Source: Botryllus schlosseri (lineage: Eukaryota). Taken from it: DNA of 64,000 bases. How positions within the stretch are numbered: the stretch's first letter is position 1; the number at the start of each line of letters is the position of its first letter. Positions 25,201 to 40,200 of this stretch are shown piece after piece. The notes beneath the pieces were generated by a model, which worked only from the letters and a program-made list of their open reading frames with translations, was not told the DNA's origin and did not search any database. A program made the position numbers and the translations under genes. Where the stretch lies: contig CM119371.1 of assembly GCA_051294905.1 (NCBI GenBank), positions 40,922,001 through 40,986,000 of the forward strand. The letters are read 5' to 3'.

Positions 25201-28200
25201 TTTGTCTTGATATTTTTACTTGAAACCGTCAATTTTTCGATAATCTGGGTGAGAATACACAATGTCAGTTTGTTTTGACAGTAATTTTCACAGAGAATTT
25301 CTACCCAAAATTCCTGGACAACTCTGAAACACTCTTGGGTCAATATGTAATTCTAGTGGTTTAATCAGACTAATTAAAGTGAAACGCGGAAAAATAAGGG
25401 GTGAAAAGTTTTCATGCTCTAATCTAAACTAGAATCTAATATCTGTAAAATTTCTAGGTGTTAATCTGTGCTTTGAAGTATTCACATCTACTAGTGCTAC
25501 AATTTTTTTTTATGCGAGTAATATCAATTTCATATTTTTACGGTACTTATCTCTTCTTACTTGCAAATCAACGAATGTACTTTTATTAGCACATTGTCTA
25601 ACTGAATAAGTTGTTAACAAAACTTGACCTTGAAAGACTAGACACATCCTGATTCCAATCGTATGAAGCCAAGACATACTTCCACTTCTTATTTAGTTTG
25701 AGTACTGCGGTGCTTGGTTGGTGTTGTTAGAGTTATTGCTTGGAAGCCAAATGCCATGTCATAGGTGTAACATTGAGATACAGATAATTAATACATGACA
25801 TAACTCTTTGTGATGCAAATCAAAGAGAATAGAACCAAACTAGAAATAGTTTGTAGCAAGCTTTTTAAATCCCTATTTTCATTTTGCATAATACTTGATG
25901 AAAGCTGCTACCGTATATAAAATTCATTCAGACAGCTTAAAACATCATAATACTTAAATTATGGGTATTTAGGAAACTGTGAAAAAAGTTGCGAAAGTTG
26001 CAATAACTTGCCCTAGTGATCACAATTGTCTTTGAATTTGAGTTGAATCTGCGTAGATTTAGTATTCCACAGACCACTGATTTGAATTAAGACTTTTTTA
26101 CCATCACAGTCGTTACAGTTACTGTATTTTGATATGACGTGTTAACCGGACAGCAGCGCAAATAGAACTGTAGGAGAAATAGCTCCTTGTCACTTGAAAT
26201 CGATTTTACGCCAATTTCTCTCCGTGATGCCAAGTAGCTTAAGTAGGTCGGAGTATGTTGACTTAAGAGTGAGGTCAGAAAGATAAATCCAATCTCCTTT
26301 GAAATAAGGTCTTTGTACAGTGTTTCCAATTGTGTTACTCGAAGTTTTGAATAAATTTGAGTGGTATTACTTCACGCATTTCGAGTGCGATACATCCTTA
26401 CAATATACAGTGTTGTAGCCTAATTTCGTACACTATTAATAGGTTTTGGATCATTGGGAGGGGTTATCTTCAGTAAATTGTGTGAAGTAGGCCAACACCC
26501 AAGAGTTTGTCTCTCTAGAATTTTTTTCCTCGTTATTTAATTGAAGGCATTGGCAAAATCGAGTGAAAGCAGGGAATATAATGCCTCTATTTATTGATTT
26601 CATTCTGATTTAACTAGTGTGTTACCATGGCTACTGTCTTTGTTACAAGTAAAAAGTCCTTTGTAGGTTATATCGTCAATTTTTTCATAAAACAATTTTC
26701 TGATGGACAGATTCCTTCAACTATGCTGTTCCCATTATATCATTCTATAGTCCTACCACATTAACAAGGCAAACAGATTTGAGGTTGGGCAGAAAAATGC
26801 CAAAAACTATAGTTTCATAGTCTATGTCAGTTATGTGAATTCGTGTTTGTAAGGGCATACGACGCATACCACAATACTTTATATTATAAAACAACATTAC
26901 TGGAGCTCTTAGAGTGCAATATTAGCAGTGTAATCATGCACTTACCTCTAAGACATGGGTAACAGAGGGTTTTTTCATTGAAAGCCTCGTAATATTCAAA
27001 ATTTACTTTTCAAGGCACACATAATGGATTATTTATCTAGTAGTTGACCAGATGTGACATTACAAGACAAAATAATAACAAAATTCTTATTGTTGCTGGA
27101 TCCCATGGATAATTGGTTTTCGATGTCATTTAAATTCATATATGATGTACAAATTCTTTTTAAAAGTGTATTATTTCGCAATTATTATATTTTATTCACG
27201 ATGTTGCTAGTTGATTCATCATTTGGGATGAATTGGTGGTGTAATGAGCAAGAATTACTTAGTGTCTCATCTTAAGCGTGTCACAGTGTGTCTCATCTTA
27301 CCCTCAAATGGTGGTAAGTTAAGACATTTGAGCAAGGAATTTTGAGGGCCAAGAAATCCATAAGTATGTTGTTCAATATAACTAAAAACAGAGTCATGAA
27401 TAGTAGGGACCACAGGCTTTCCATTGGTACCAAAATTAATCCTCAGAAGACAACACTCTTTGAGTGGCGTTGAAATATCAGAAAAGTGTCTCATCTTGGC
27501 CTCCTCCCCCTATATTCATATTGAAATGAACCCAAATATTTTCGGCTGACACTCGTCAGGGGTAATCGTCAGCAGGTAGTACAGAATTGGAAAGAACATT
27601 GTATATCAACAGTCGTATCCCAAAATATGACGTCACCAGCAGAAATTTCAAATATGAGAGTGTTCAATGTACTATTTTTAGGTGGTACGCGAACTAAAAG
27701 ACTATTTATGGATTCCGAATCTTGACATATTTCAATCAATAGTTCAAAGAGATGTAGGCCTGCCGATAGATGACGTTTGAGATTATTGTTATTTTTGCTA
27801 TCCACTGTGAACACTTCAATAAAATTCTGGGTCAAAAGTTAACTGCTACTCGAGTCACCTTAAGATCTAATCATCCAGGTGCGTGTCCTTGAAAAGTGTG
27901 TGCGGTTTCGTGTGTTCCCCTTACTTGACATTGTGGCTAACCATCACGTGTAAAACTTTAGATAATAACAGCATAGAGGAATTATAATATCACTTAATAC
28001 CAGACTTTGGCAGCTAGCTAAATCTAGTTGTCTATTTAGACTGATTAAATAAATTGAAATGTCCGTAATCAAATTGTAATGTAATTTGTGAAATGCTTTA
28101 TTGCTCTAATTCTAATTATAATCTAGTTTGTGAAATGTTTCTATGCCCTCGTTTTGATTCAAATCTAATTTAATTTGGAAAAACCTGTCTAGCCATAACG

Positions 28201-31200
28201 CTAATCCTAGTGTAATTTGACAAAAACTTAAGCTATAATTCGTATTCCGATCCAATTTAGAATGTTGATTATTGCATTACCCACCTTCCCCGAATTTTTG
28301 TGCATTGAAAGAAGTTTATGGATGTTTATACATCCTTTACCAATGGAATTTTCGAGAGACCCTTGGCGGTACTGTACAATTGTATATATATTCATATTGA
28401 AATAAGCCTGCCAGTGTTAATCGTCAGCTACTGGTGGAGATTTCAAAACAGTTATATACCAGTGTATCAAAAAATCCATATAATCGAATTTTTAGTGCCG
28501 ATGACATCATATTTGGAAATACGATAGTTTATATCAATGTTCTTTCCAATTGTCTGCTAGTTACTGACGATTACTGCCCCAAAGATATTCGGTTTTATTT
28601 CAATATGAGTATATTATGCAATTGTACGCTGGTAACGAAATTTTCGCTCTTAACTTGTTGGCCATTCTGCATATTTGTAGAGTAATCAGGGGGCTGTCGG
28701 TAAAAATATATGTGATGCATTGTCTTGAAAACTACCTTTTCAAACTACCCACTAGTTCTACTTTGGTAGCGCCAGTGAATACTTGACCTCCTGTGACATA
28801 TTGTAGTATTAATGGTAATTTGCGAAAAACCAAGTATTTGAAATAGTATTGAAGATTTGTAGGGTGTTTTTTGTCTAAATGGAACCTTGTGTTCGAATTG
28901 AGACAGGTCAAAATCGAATACATATCCATTCCGCCTTTTTTGCTGTTAAAATTAGATTCTTTTCTGTTTACAGCCTGAATGAGATTATTTCGGAAGAAGA
29001 AATTGTGCGTCACTACTGCAGGGCGAGAGGAATCTCTTATCCGTTGCCCAATTTCGAGTTTTACAAGGCCCTCGCTTGCTTCAGACTGGCGTCAATCCTA
29101 CAAGTATGTGTTACTCTTGTTTACCGTTATTTGCGGACCGAAAATTTGTTTTATTTCAAAATTTTTTTTTTTTTAATTTATTGTGGTAATTTTTGTGAGC
29201 TATTCACTTCAAATTACGAATTCTCACTGCTAGGGAGTGTACAGAAGGTTTCTGCGTGGCAATTCGAGTCAAGATTCTGCAAAATTTGTCGAGACAACCA
29301 TTCAACCGATGGCGTCCGCTGGATTGAAAGTAGCATTAAGGTTTGTGAAACACACAGGTTTTCAAGTTATTGAATGCAGTACTGCTTGCCAAATGCTTTA
29401 GGTTTAGTGTAACAAGAGTCATTCAATTATAATATAAATCTGGTTTCGATATTGCCAAAAATGATGAAAAAAAGTCCTCAAGATAGCCCAAGTATAGCCA
29501 CAATATTGTATAATCACTAGGGTGATTTCTTTTGAACTATAATACGATAGATTTTGACCTGAAAAATGAAAAATCTGATATTTTTTCACATTAAAACTTC
29601 TTTTTTACCAAATTTTGACCTAACGTTTGTAAATTAGGTGTTATCCCACATAATGTTCGAATTGTACTACTTATCTTCATTTCTGGTTGGAACTGTCTGT
29701 CCGAACGAAGTGGTTTGGCCTGAAAAAACTTTTTTGACGAATATTTACATGAAAAAACTTTATTATAACTAAGTCTGGACCTATGAAGAATTCCAGTAGT
29801 TACATAACGCATTATGGCGGAAATATTTCAGTAGGATGCTGCGGTACCTTGAGCATAACACCATGTCAGCCTATTTGTTTCATTCGGCCATTTATGTTTC
29901 ACAATAAGCTGATAATCGACCGTCTACAACGGTAGGCCTATAAAGTAGGCTACAAGCTGTAAAATCTGTAATGATAAGTTTAACGACAGTGCAATCATCT
30001 ACGATACAAACAAAAAATTAGGATTTATTTCAATATGAATGTGCTATGCAATTGTATATTGAAGTTATGTACCTCCAAGCAGCTCTTAAAACTAGGACAA
30101 CGCAAAAAAACAATAGCTAGTTGAGTGTTCTCGAGTCGAGTCATTACAGCCCTGATACAAATATAACTAATGATTCATATCTGAAATCATTCGATTACAC
30201 AAAAAATGCTCATAACGACTTTATGCCGCATTGAAATATGTCACTCAGATCAGTTACTTTGACAAGATATTATGAAGATTAATGGATTTCGTAAATGGTC
30301 TCATTGCGTCACGATCACATCGATTGAAATTTCCGTGAAATGTATTGTTTTGAAATCAAATGTGCCGTGAACAGATCCTTTCTGGGAATGCATTGTTCGG
30401 TAACGATCCTTGTACGATAGTGTTCCGCGCTTCGTGAACAACTTCATTATCTGATATGATATCATCATAAATTATACTTTGAAAGATATGTTCGAAAATC
30501 TACGAATTTTCACTTCGATTGAATCTGCAAGAATCAGCTAACCCCAAATTTCCGTCTATGCACAAAAACTATACCTCGTTACCAGGACGATTGTTTTTAC
30601 CAAAAAAACGAAGGATTTTGTACATAAAAAACATAATTTTGACCTTGTGTGTGTAAATTAAGTGTTTTCGCACATCATGTTGTTAGGATTTGGTTGGAAC
30701 TGTCTATCCTTACGAAGTAGTTTGACATGAAAAAGCTTTTTGACACATAAACTGACGAATTTTCACATGAAAAAAACTTTATGTTAACGAAATCTGGACC
30801 TATGAAGAATTCCAGTAGTTACATCACCATTATGAGTGAAATAATTAAAAACTACTACACTAAAAGCTTTCCTATATCGCTGCTTTTAGTCTACTTAGTA
30901 AAACCATGCTGTTTTTTTCACGAATTCGCGTAGATATGCATTTTTGGCGATCATTTATGGGGTAAAATATGTGAACCTGTTGAAACTTGACTACTATGTC
31001 TACAAATTCCAGCCACAAGTAGAGTGTGCTGTGTTGTTTTGAAAGCTAATACCCATTACTTTGTTCCAGCTGATTCACAGATCGCTTTAGACACGGTTTT
31101 ACATCAAAGTATTTTGAAATTCTTGCGGTGTGGTTAATCGTGTTTTGGGAACTTGAGGCACGTGCTACTGCTTGTGGCATGACAGATTAGAATCTTTCTC

Positions 31201-34200
31201 TTTTGATTTTACCCCGATGACTCACAGGTATAGTAGCTGTATGGATCCACCCGTTAATTTATTGCTTTTATCAGGTCAGAGATCTGAAACAAGACTCTAC
31301 CCTGAAATTACCAATGAGGACGATTAACCTTATCAAGAAATCTAACAGACCGTGGTTAGCAAGGATTTTTGTTGGACATAGACTTGTACAAACTATACTA
31401 TCAAAATGTGCAACTAGAACTAGAAATACTCAGTTTTCATAACTCACGACTAGAATTAAAACTAGAACCAACGACCTTTTGAAAAATGCACAAATAACTA
31501 ACAAAAACACGACTAATTTGTTTCATTTAGGGAGCAAACCATTCATTTTTATTTTATCGGGATCGGGATCCACACTGTATATGAACATGAAATGGGACGG
31601 TTTTCAACCTCCAAAATCAACTCACTTTTCAAAATACGATGGGTTTTCGAGGCAATTTTTCATGATATTTTATACCTCTGACTGTGAATTTCAGATATCC
31701 AATAACATCATTTCATACACAATGTACGCTAGCTGCCTGATCTGTTGAAAAAATCCCCTGAAATCTTCAAATATTTCCGCGGTACAGGTGTAGGCTATAT
31801 CCGGTTTGTAATCCTTTGTTGTTTAAGACGGCAGTAACATTTATGCTACACACTGAGCTTTCTATGACATCACAGCATTTTGAATGCTCTTTCTTGGCTC
31901 GGTTAAGCCAACATTATCTCAGGACATAGCCCACTGTTTACACAAATATTCTTTCGCTAAGTTTCATGACGATATATTTACAAGCTCACGGTGCGCGGTA
32001 GCGCTAATGTCATGTATTATAGGTGCATTATGCTCTATTGTTAGTTTTAGTTGATACAGGGGACCTCGCTACTATAACAACTTCCTAGTTGGCTATTGTA
32101 GTCATCGGCTAGGTGAACAATACCATGCCCCGCTGTGGTCTGGTTAGTGTTGATATTGTAATTTTAAGTTCATATTGGATTTCACAATGGTCTTGTCAGG
32201 ACACTGGTTACTTTTAATCGTTGCCTTGGTAACGGTATTTTTCCAGTATTGAGATTTAGCTACGTCATACCTTTGGAGATGCTATGCGGTGGACTCTTTT
32301 GTCACATTTTTATTTGTGAACCCTCCGTTCCAAAGTGTGTTTGTAAACTAGTGCAGATGTAACCTGGCTTCAGAAGTCTGTTAGTTGACCAAATTCTGTT
32401 CAGAGAATATTAAGCTTCATTTAGCCTTCCTGCATGTAATACATCAAGCTGCACAAAATTATATCACATTCGCACGAGACACGGTAGTCTGATATAATAA
32501 ATGCTATCACAAAAAGGGTGTCTTTTGAACAAAGTATCTCCGCTTTTTCAGAGTACTCAAAAGTGTATTGCCTGCTAACTTTCACAGTTTAGATTTTTAT
32601 GAGTAGCGTTAGTTTTGAGTTTTGCATCACATCTGAATCAAGATTTAGCGTCATTCCTGGTATTTTTAGTGTTGTCTTAATACTATCGCCTGGCTGTGAA
32701 AGCTATAAAGGAGGACCAATTGCCAAAACGGAGGACATTTTCGATTTCTTGAAATACCAGGACAAATCTTCCTAAATGAGAACATATGATAATGATAACC
32801 TCAAGTTTGACATATCACAACACTGCAAAAAATCGACCATACCATTTTCAAATTAGCACATTGCCATGTAGTTGAACGACGAATATAGCTCCATTCTGCC
32901 AGCTGGTGGATATCATTTTATAATTCATAGTAGTGCATTTGAACATATTTGTTCCGCGTAAGGTTTATACACTGTGTCAATATGAATTCCATTGTTGGTT
33001 ATGCTACGATGGATAAATCTTTGCACACAGCTCAGTGGGTGAGTCTGCGGATTTTAGCATGGCTTAGGCATCAGTATCAATAAGTCTGTTCTGCGCAGTT
33101 TATCTGTAGGGTTGGGCAAAAACGAGGAGCTGAGTGGTATTAAACTTTGAGTCAAGTATTCGTTTCTCACTCGTGATGACATCACGACAGTACAAATGAT
33201 ATACATAGTTCAGATTTGTACCTTTTATGCGGCCACAGGGAATAATGACAGCTCTACATCCCATCAAAGATCATTTGTAGTTTTGGGACCATAGTTATTT
33301 CATGCTTAGGGTTTTCCACTACTTCAAAGATATGTCATTTCCAGTAACGTGCATAGCTTTGAACTACATGTTTCGTATGCCGTAATACGATTATTATGCC
33401 CATCCATAATTATCTGAAGTGATATGCGATTGTTATCACTTATCATGTAACGTATACCAGGTTCACCATGATTACAACAATATATCGGCGACAGTATCAG
33501 TAATGTCTGTCACAGATTGCCAAACAGTCGGTTTGTTACTAACGCATGACTAGATGAAATGGAGCAATATCAAGCAGGTTCTTGCAATACATCTATAGCC
33601 ATATAATTGCCGTTCACCAGGCTTGAAAATTTGAACCGCACATTTCTAACTGAGGCAGAATCGCTACAATGATGAGCCAATGTAGGTCTACTTCATTTTA
33701 TTTGACACAAATTTACATATGCAAACACTTCAATGAAGCAGGCCCTAATTAAGTTCTGATGGCACCTCGGCTTCCTATGCTTTTCAAATAATTGGTAGCA
33801 TAGGTGGTTGTAATATATAGAGACACTGTAAGTATAGAACTGCAGTATGTATATTGATATTGAAATACACTCGAGTTTATAGTGCAATGCACCCAAATTA
33901 TTATATATTCTATTCAGTTATGGGCAAATTATTGTTGTTTTACAGTTTTTTACGTAATCCTGCAGTGTTTGCAGTCTATTTTAGTGCTCAATCCTATTTT
34001 CTTATAGTGCTGGTAGCGGAAAAATGAAGCCCATGACACTGTCACCTAGCAAGAAGGGAGAGGCTTGTTTGGAAAAGGTCAAAGCCTTCATACAGAATCA
34101 TATAGCCCCATCGGAAAAGGTATGGTATTTCATCGCACAGGTATTATATATATTCTGATGCAACAGTGATTAAAAGGTAGAGGTCAGGGCTGTAATGACT

Positions 34201-37200
34201 TGAGTCGCAACTTTTCATTGACTTTACTTCGACTCATGTACTTAAAAAGGAAAAATTACTCAGCTTGACTGGGTCCCATTATGCATTGACTCGACTTAAA
34301 CCAGAGTCATTGCGCATGACTCTACCAATCCATATGACTCGACACATTCTATATCACTTATTCCAGCCTCGAATATCAGGACCATTTGAAAAATAAGCTC
34401 AGAATATGTTACAAGTAAGAAAAAATGAACATGAACTCGATACTGAACAGTAAACACTATGACTCAGACTAGGACTGCAGTCTTAAGACTAGGACTTGAG
34501 ACTCAGGCTTCCCTCGGTGGTGAATTGAAAATGACCCGACTTGAATCGAGTCAAAACTATAAAAGTCAAATTGACATGTGACTAGGAACCTTGTGACTTG
34601 ATTACAACCCTGGTAGAGGTTTGTCAAATATCCAGTTTTGCTGCTCAAGTGGGAGTACAAGTAACACCGTTGATTTCAAGAAGTACTCTCGAATACTCAA
34701 ATCAGATTGCCATGATTAATTTACATTTTCTCCTATTCAGGAATACTATGATTTCTACAAAATTGAAGGGAACAGATGGAAAATTTGCCCCATTGTGGAA
34801 GATTTGAAGGTGAGTGTGTGCAAAATATATCTCAGGAGAGAGAGAGTCTGTGTGTGCGTGTCGATTGTGTTGTTGATACAACTGACGAGAGTCAGTTTTG
34901 CACAAGAAGATTTTTCTGAAATTTAGCTCAACCCTCCCCATTTTTTCGAGCTTGGGACGGGCAGAGGCAATGGTGTAGACAGGGAGCAGAATTGGGAACC
35001 CTCTACCTCCTTTGCAAGATCAATTCTATCCCATTTTGAAACCCCTCATTGTTCTCTCGGAGAGAGTCATCTGCTTATCCCTTATTCTGAATGCATTGGC
35101 ATATTGTTCATATTGTTTCTTCGTTCCATTGTTTTACACCAGACCTTGTAATTTTTAATAGTAATCGCCCACTCCTGTTGTACATTGTCATAAGAACCTA
35201 AATCTTTATGATAAGTCATTTGTGATACTAGATTATGCCCCACATTCAGTCATTGATAGCGCACCGTGTATTCCAAAATGTAGTATTTTGTTACTTTCTG
35301 CCTCTGCTATCAGTTCCGGAATGATATTCTTCAAAATATCAACTGCACTCTCACAGAAGACCGCGGATTACATTTGCTATTCGGCTCTTAAGCCATATCT
35401 ATTATTTTCAAGAAAATCCTTACTATTGCCTCTGATTGAATACAGTTTCCGTCTAAGTCGTAACGGGCAATATCTATGATGGAATAAAACACAAAGTTCT
35501 GACCCACGTATAGTATCGATGTTATTCCTGCAGGCGAAAGCCAAGTCTGAAGGACTTTGGAACCTTTTTCTGCCGGAAATCAGCGGCTTGAGCAATGTTG
35601 ATTACGCTTACGTCGCCGAACAGCTGGGAAAATATCATTTCGCTCCGGAAGTCTTCAACTGCAGCGCACCAGGTTTGATGATAGGCCTATCTATATAAAT
35701 TTTACTAATCTATGACCATTGTGTTAAGACTTATACAAACTGCCAATCTAGTTATTTTATGGTCAACTATCTACTGTTTTTTGAGTAGTTTTAGTTCTAG
35801 TTGCGGATTTTGAAAGTGAGCAGTACTAGTTCTAGTTCTAATTGCGCGTTCGAAAAATGTTGAAAAACAACTAGAATACATATGTCGTCATTTAGCATGA
35901 ATCGTAATACCAGTGTTTTGTTGTGTGATATTCTTGTATCTATTGTTACCTCAGAGTCATAGTGCTACTAACAGTTGCATAGCCAGACGTTGGTTTTTGG
36001 GACGAAACCCCTCTCATTTCTAACTGGAAACCCTGCTTTTATCGTTATGCCGATTCCATCTTCAATATTTTATCTTCATTTTGTAATTTAGCAGGTTTTT
36101 TTGGCAGATCAAACTAGTGCAAATTGCTGCAGTTTCAAAATGCGACTAGAACTACCTACGGTGAAATTCGCAACTGGAACTAGAACGGATGAACTTTGAA
36201 AGTCCGCAACTAACTATAATAACTCATGATGCGAATTCATGAATTGCAAATGAGCTGAGAAATTATGGAAAGCTATTAAATGTCAAATCCGATGCAGTTT
36301 GTAAATAAAACCACGCAAATATCGCAGTCCCAGATACTATCATATAACCTATATCAATTTTTTCTATAAGATACTGGCAATATCGAAGTTTTGTATCGCT
36401 ATGGCGACGAGTATCAAAAGCAAAAATGGCTCACGCCATTACTGGAAGGAAAAATTCGATCCGCGTTTTGCATGACAGGTTTGTATCATTCTGTGTTTTA
36501 TTCAATATCCTGTATGTTGACATTTGATTGTTTCTACTTTTAGAACCAGCGGTAGCTTCAAGTGATGCGACCAACATGCAGTTATCGATGACACCCGATG
36601 GTGAAAGCTATATTGTTAACGGCAGAAAATGGTGGAGCAGTGGTAAGCTGGGCTGAGCATAATGATTCAAGTACTCGAATGTGGAAGGAGTATTAAATCT
36701 AATGACTCAAGTGATGAGGGGTAATTTTTTTCAAATACTTAAGTTGTACGCTCTTTGGTACTAAGAGTTAATTTATCAACGAGAATTATAGTTTCGATAC
36801 TATTTCCCTTTGAAAGTCTTATAACCTTGATTGGTCTTATTGCAGCAGGCGAACCAACAGCAGCATCACGTAGTGCGACGAAATAGGAAAGATTGGGAAA
36901 ATATCAAAGTGTCTTTAATGTGATGTAGAACCGGCATTCTATTTTTCACGGTGGCAGAACACGTATATATTCCTAAACTTTCAACGTCAGTGGTTCTCAA
37001 CCTTTTTGTCTTCGCAGATCCCCTTTGAACCGCCACAGTCCCCCTCCACAGTTTTAATTGACATCTGTCTTGTGTAAATACTAACTGTAGGCTAGTGATA
37101 AACAGCGACACGATGACTTTTCCTGAAAATAACACGGTATTATTTGTGAAGAAATTAGGAAGACTTGTGGTATTTCAAAGCGAATTCTGCAGCTGCATTT

Positions 37201-40200
37201 CTTGATATACGCGTTCGTTAGGGTGGAGTGAAAAATGGAAAATTTTAAATTACAAAACTGACACTTGATATGCGGTGCCGAATATGAAAAAAATAATTTC
37301 TGTAATAATTTTGGGCTCGTGCGCCCTCTAGTGGTCGTGCAATTTCACCGAACGAGCCAAAAATAGGTAATTTCGCTATATATTGATAACCGCTTACACT
37401 AGAAAGCTGATTTTGGGCTTAAAATATGCAGAAGTAACGAGTTTTTATCTCACTTCCACAGAACTGTGTCTTAAAGATGAACAGAAAAAAAGTTGAAAGC
37501 AAATTATTGATTTTTAGAAGAACAGTAGTAGAATATTTTATCTCAAACTGCCGATCTGTTAATGTGAGTTCTGAAGTTTTAGCAGTTATGGAGCGAAACT
37601 GCCTCGTGATTTCTTCAATGTAAAAGAATACAAATCTGGTTGTCTACCATTTTGCAAATTTGGATGTTCTGGGGACCCCCGGTTGAGAACCACCGTTTCA
37701 CGTCTTCCATACTGTTGTGATTTCACAATGAGCCATAATCGACTCTAAGCCTAATACTTGATTTAAAATGGAAGCACTCAGCTACTCTATTTTGCCCTCG
37801 CAGTAACTCATTTTGATACCACGATACAATCAGATATCATTCGTTGAATTCAATACTCAGGAGCTGGAGACCCGAGGTGCAAATTCGGGATCGTAATGGG
37901 CCGCACCACAAGCCCGGGCAACAGAGGACCCAACCAGGCACACACTATGGTTATTGTGCCGTTCGATACGCCAGGGGTGACGCTGGTAAGGCCTCTGAGC
38001 GCCTTTGGTTTTTTTGGTAAGTTTTTACTTTCCCTTCACCGTTAAAGATGGTAGTTGTGAAAATTCCACTCAATTTAATTTGAATTGATGATATCATACT
38101 TGGTGATATGATTGTTGATATACAATGTCCTTCCCAAATCTCTACTAGTTGCTGACGATTACCCCTGACGAGTGTCAGCCGGATATATTTTGGGTTATTC
38201 CAATGCGGTTGTATATGGCTCCATGATTCTCTGAAATTATGACTGTTAATATTCACTCTTCTCTTAATGTCTCTACTAATTCCTGATGATTGCCCCTGAC
38301 GATGGTTGGATGGAAATATCTGTTTTTTTGTGTATATGTGAATATATTATCCAATTGTATATTGAAGAACTAGAACTAAAACTGCTCACTTTTCAAAATC
38401 CACAACTAGAACTAGAATTACTAACTTTCCCAAATCCGAACTAGAATTGGAATTACTCATTTCCAAATACGCAGCTAGATCTAGAACTACTCTTTTTCCT
38501 ATATCCACAACTGGAACTAGAACTACCCCCTTTCCAATATCCACAACTAGAAGTATATCTACTCAAAATTTGAAATCCGCCACTAGAACTTGCTGGATTG
38601 GTGGTTTGTACAAGTGAATATTCTTGTTTATTATAATATAAACATGTTATTCAGTTGCATATAAAACTCTGCACATTCGATGGTGTCTTCAAATACTCTC
38701 TTGCATGGAAAAGTTATTTCGGTACTATGTTTTCATGACAGACCACCCCTACGGCCGTATGGAGATCGAATTCGACAACGTACGCGTTCCGAAACGGAAT
38801 TTGATCGGCGGCGAGGGGCGGGGCTTTGAAATCGCTCAAGCAAGACTCGGCCCCGCTCGGGTGCATCACTGCATGCGCTCGCTCGGTGAGATTTGTTTGT
38901 TTTTATGCGAAATATTAAATTTTCAAATTTTGCAGATTTTACAATGTAGGTTTGATGAAGCCTTGTGGCATTTATTGTATATCGCGGAGTTTGACAGCTA
39001 GCAAATTTTTCAAATTAGATTAAAACTCGAATGATACCTACACGTTTTTTTCCAAATTAGACTACAATTACTGAATTAGCAATAACCTGTCCTCTCATAT
39101 TACGATATCTTCTTTTACTTTTCATTCAGTGTGCATGTCTCCTCGTTACATCACCTAGGCCAGGGGAGTGTCTGATTTCGAAGACTACTCCAAGTTGTTT
39201 TGAGACCTTCCAGATTTTGTGGTGTGTTGAAATGATGGAATTTTTAGCAATAAATGGAATTGAATTGAAGAATTAAATCCCGAATTACAAAAAAACACGT
39301 CCAAATACAAGATGGTCTCATATCAAATCATAGTTTATTGTCATAACCATGAAAATAGCATTTTCAAGAAAATCAGTATTTTTGACTGGAATTAAAATTG
39401 GAGCATAGCCACATTTCACAAAATATATTGGAACGGATTATCGGCGTTTGATTGAAATTTACAATTGCCTGTTTACAGGGATAGCGGAACGATGCGTGGA
39501 ATATTTCTTGTCGAGATCCTGGCAGAGAAAAGCTTTCGGGAAGCGGCTTATTGACCACGTGAGTGCGCGAAGCCGGTGGTTTTCATACTTTTCGGTACCG
39601 GTAAAATTGCGGAAAAGAAATTTGCTAGTTTGGGGACCTTCAAAAAGGAAAATTAGCCTGAGATATAAGAAATATTACGAGCCGTTCATCGGGGTTGTAA
39701 CCAAGTCACAGGTCGATGTCACTTTTGTAGTTTTGACTCGAGTCAAGTCGAGTCATTTTCAATTCACCGCCGAGTCCAAATCAGTGAGTACAGGGTCGAG
39801 TCCGAGTCACAGTGCTATGACTCGAGTCCGAGTTCAAGACTTTATGTTCCCTGTTCAGGTGCGAGCTCAACCCACAGTCTTAACAGTTTCTGGCCCTATT
39901 ATCCAAGTATCAGGACTGATAGATGAATTACCAATCATATGAGGACTTACTATTCCTCGAAGTTATGATGAAATGTCTGTCTTGGCTGTCCCAGTCTTGA
40001 GTCATATGACTAGGCTCGAGTCAGGCACAATGACTCGAGTACAAGTCGAGTCATTACAAAAATTGACTCGAGGCGAGTCATTACAGCAGCCCTGCAACTC
40101 ATGCAACTCGAAATACAATGCGTTTTTGATATTGCATCACATCACATGTAGATTGGTTTCAGTTCAAAGATGCTGACCCTCATTGAAATAAACCAGAATA

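Noticed and set aside
25560..27260. Possible decayed coding sequence on the minus strand of intron 6
   Set aside because: Only short frames with no recognisable motif.
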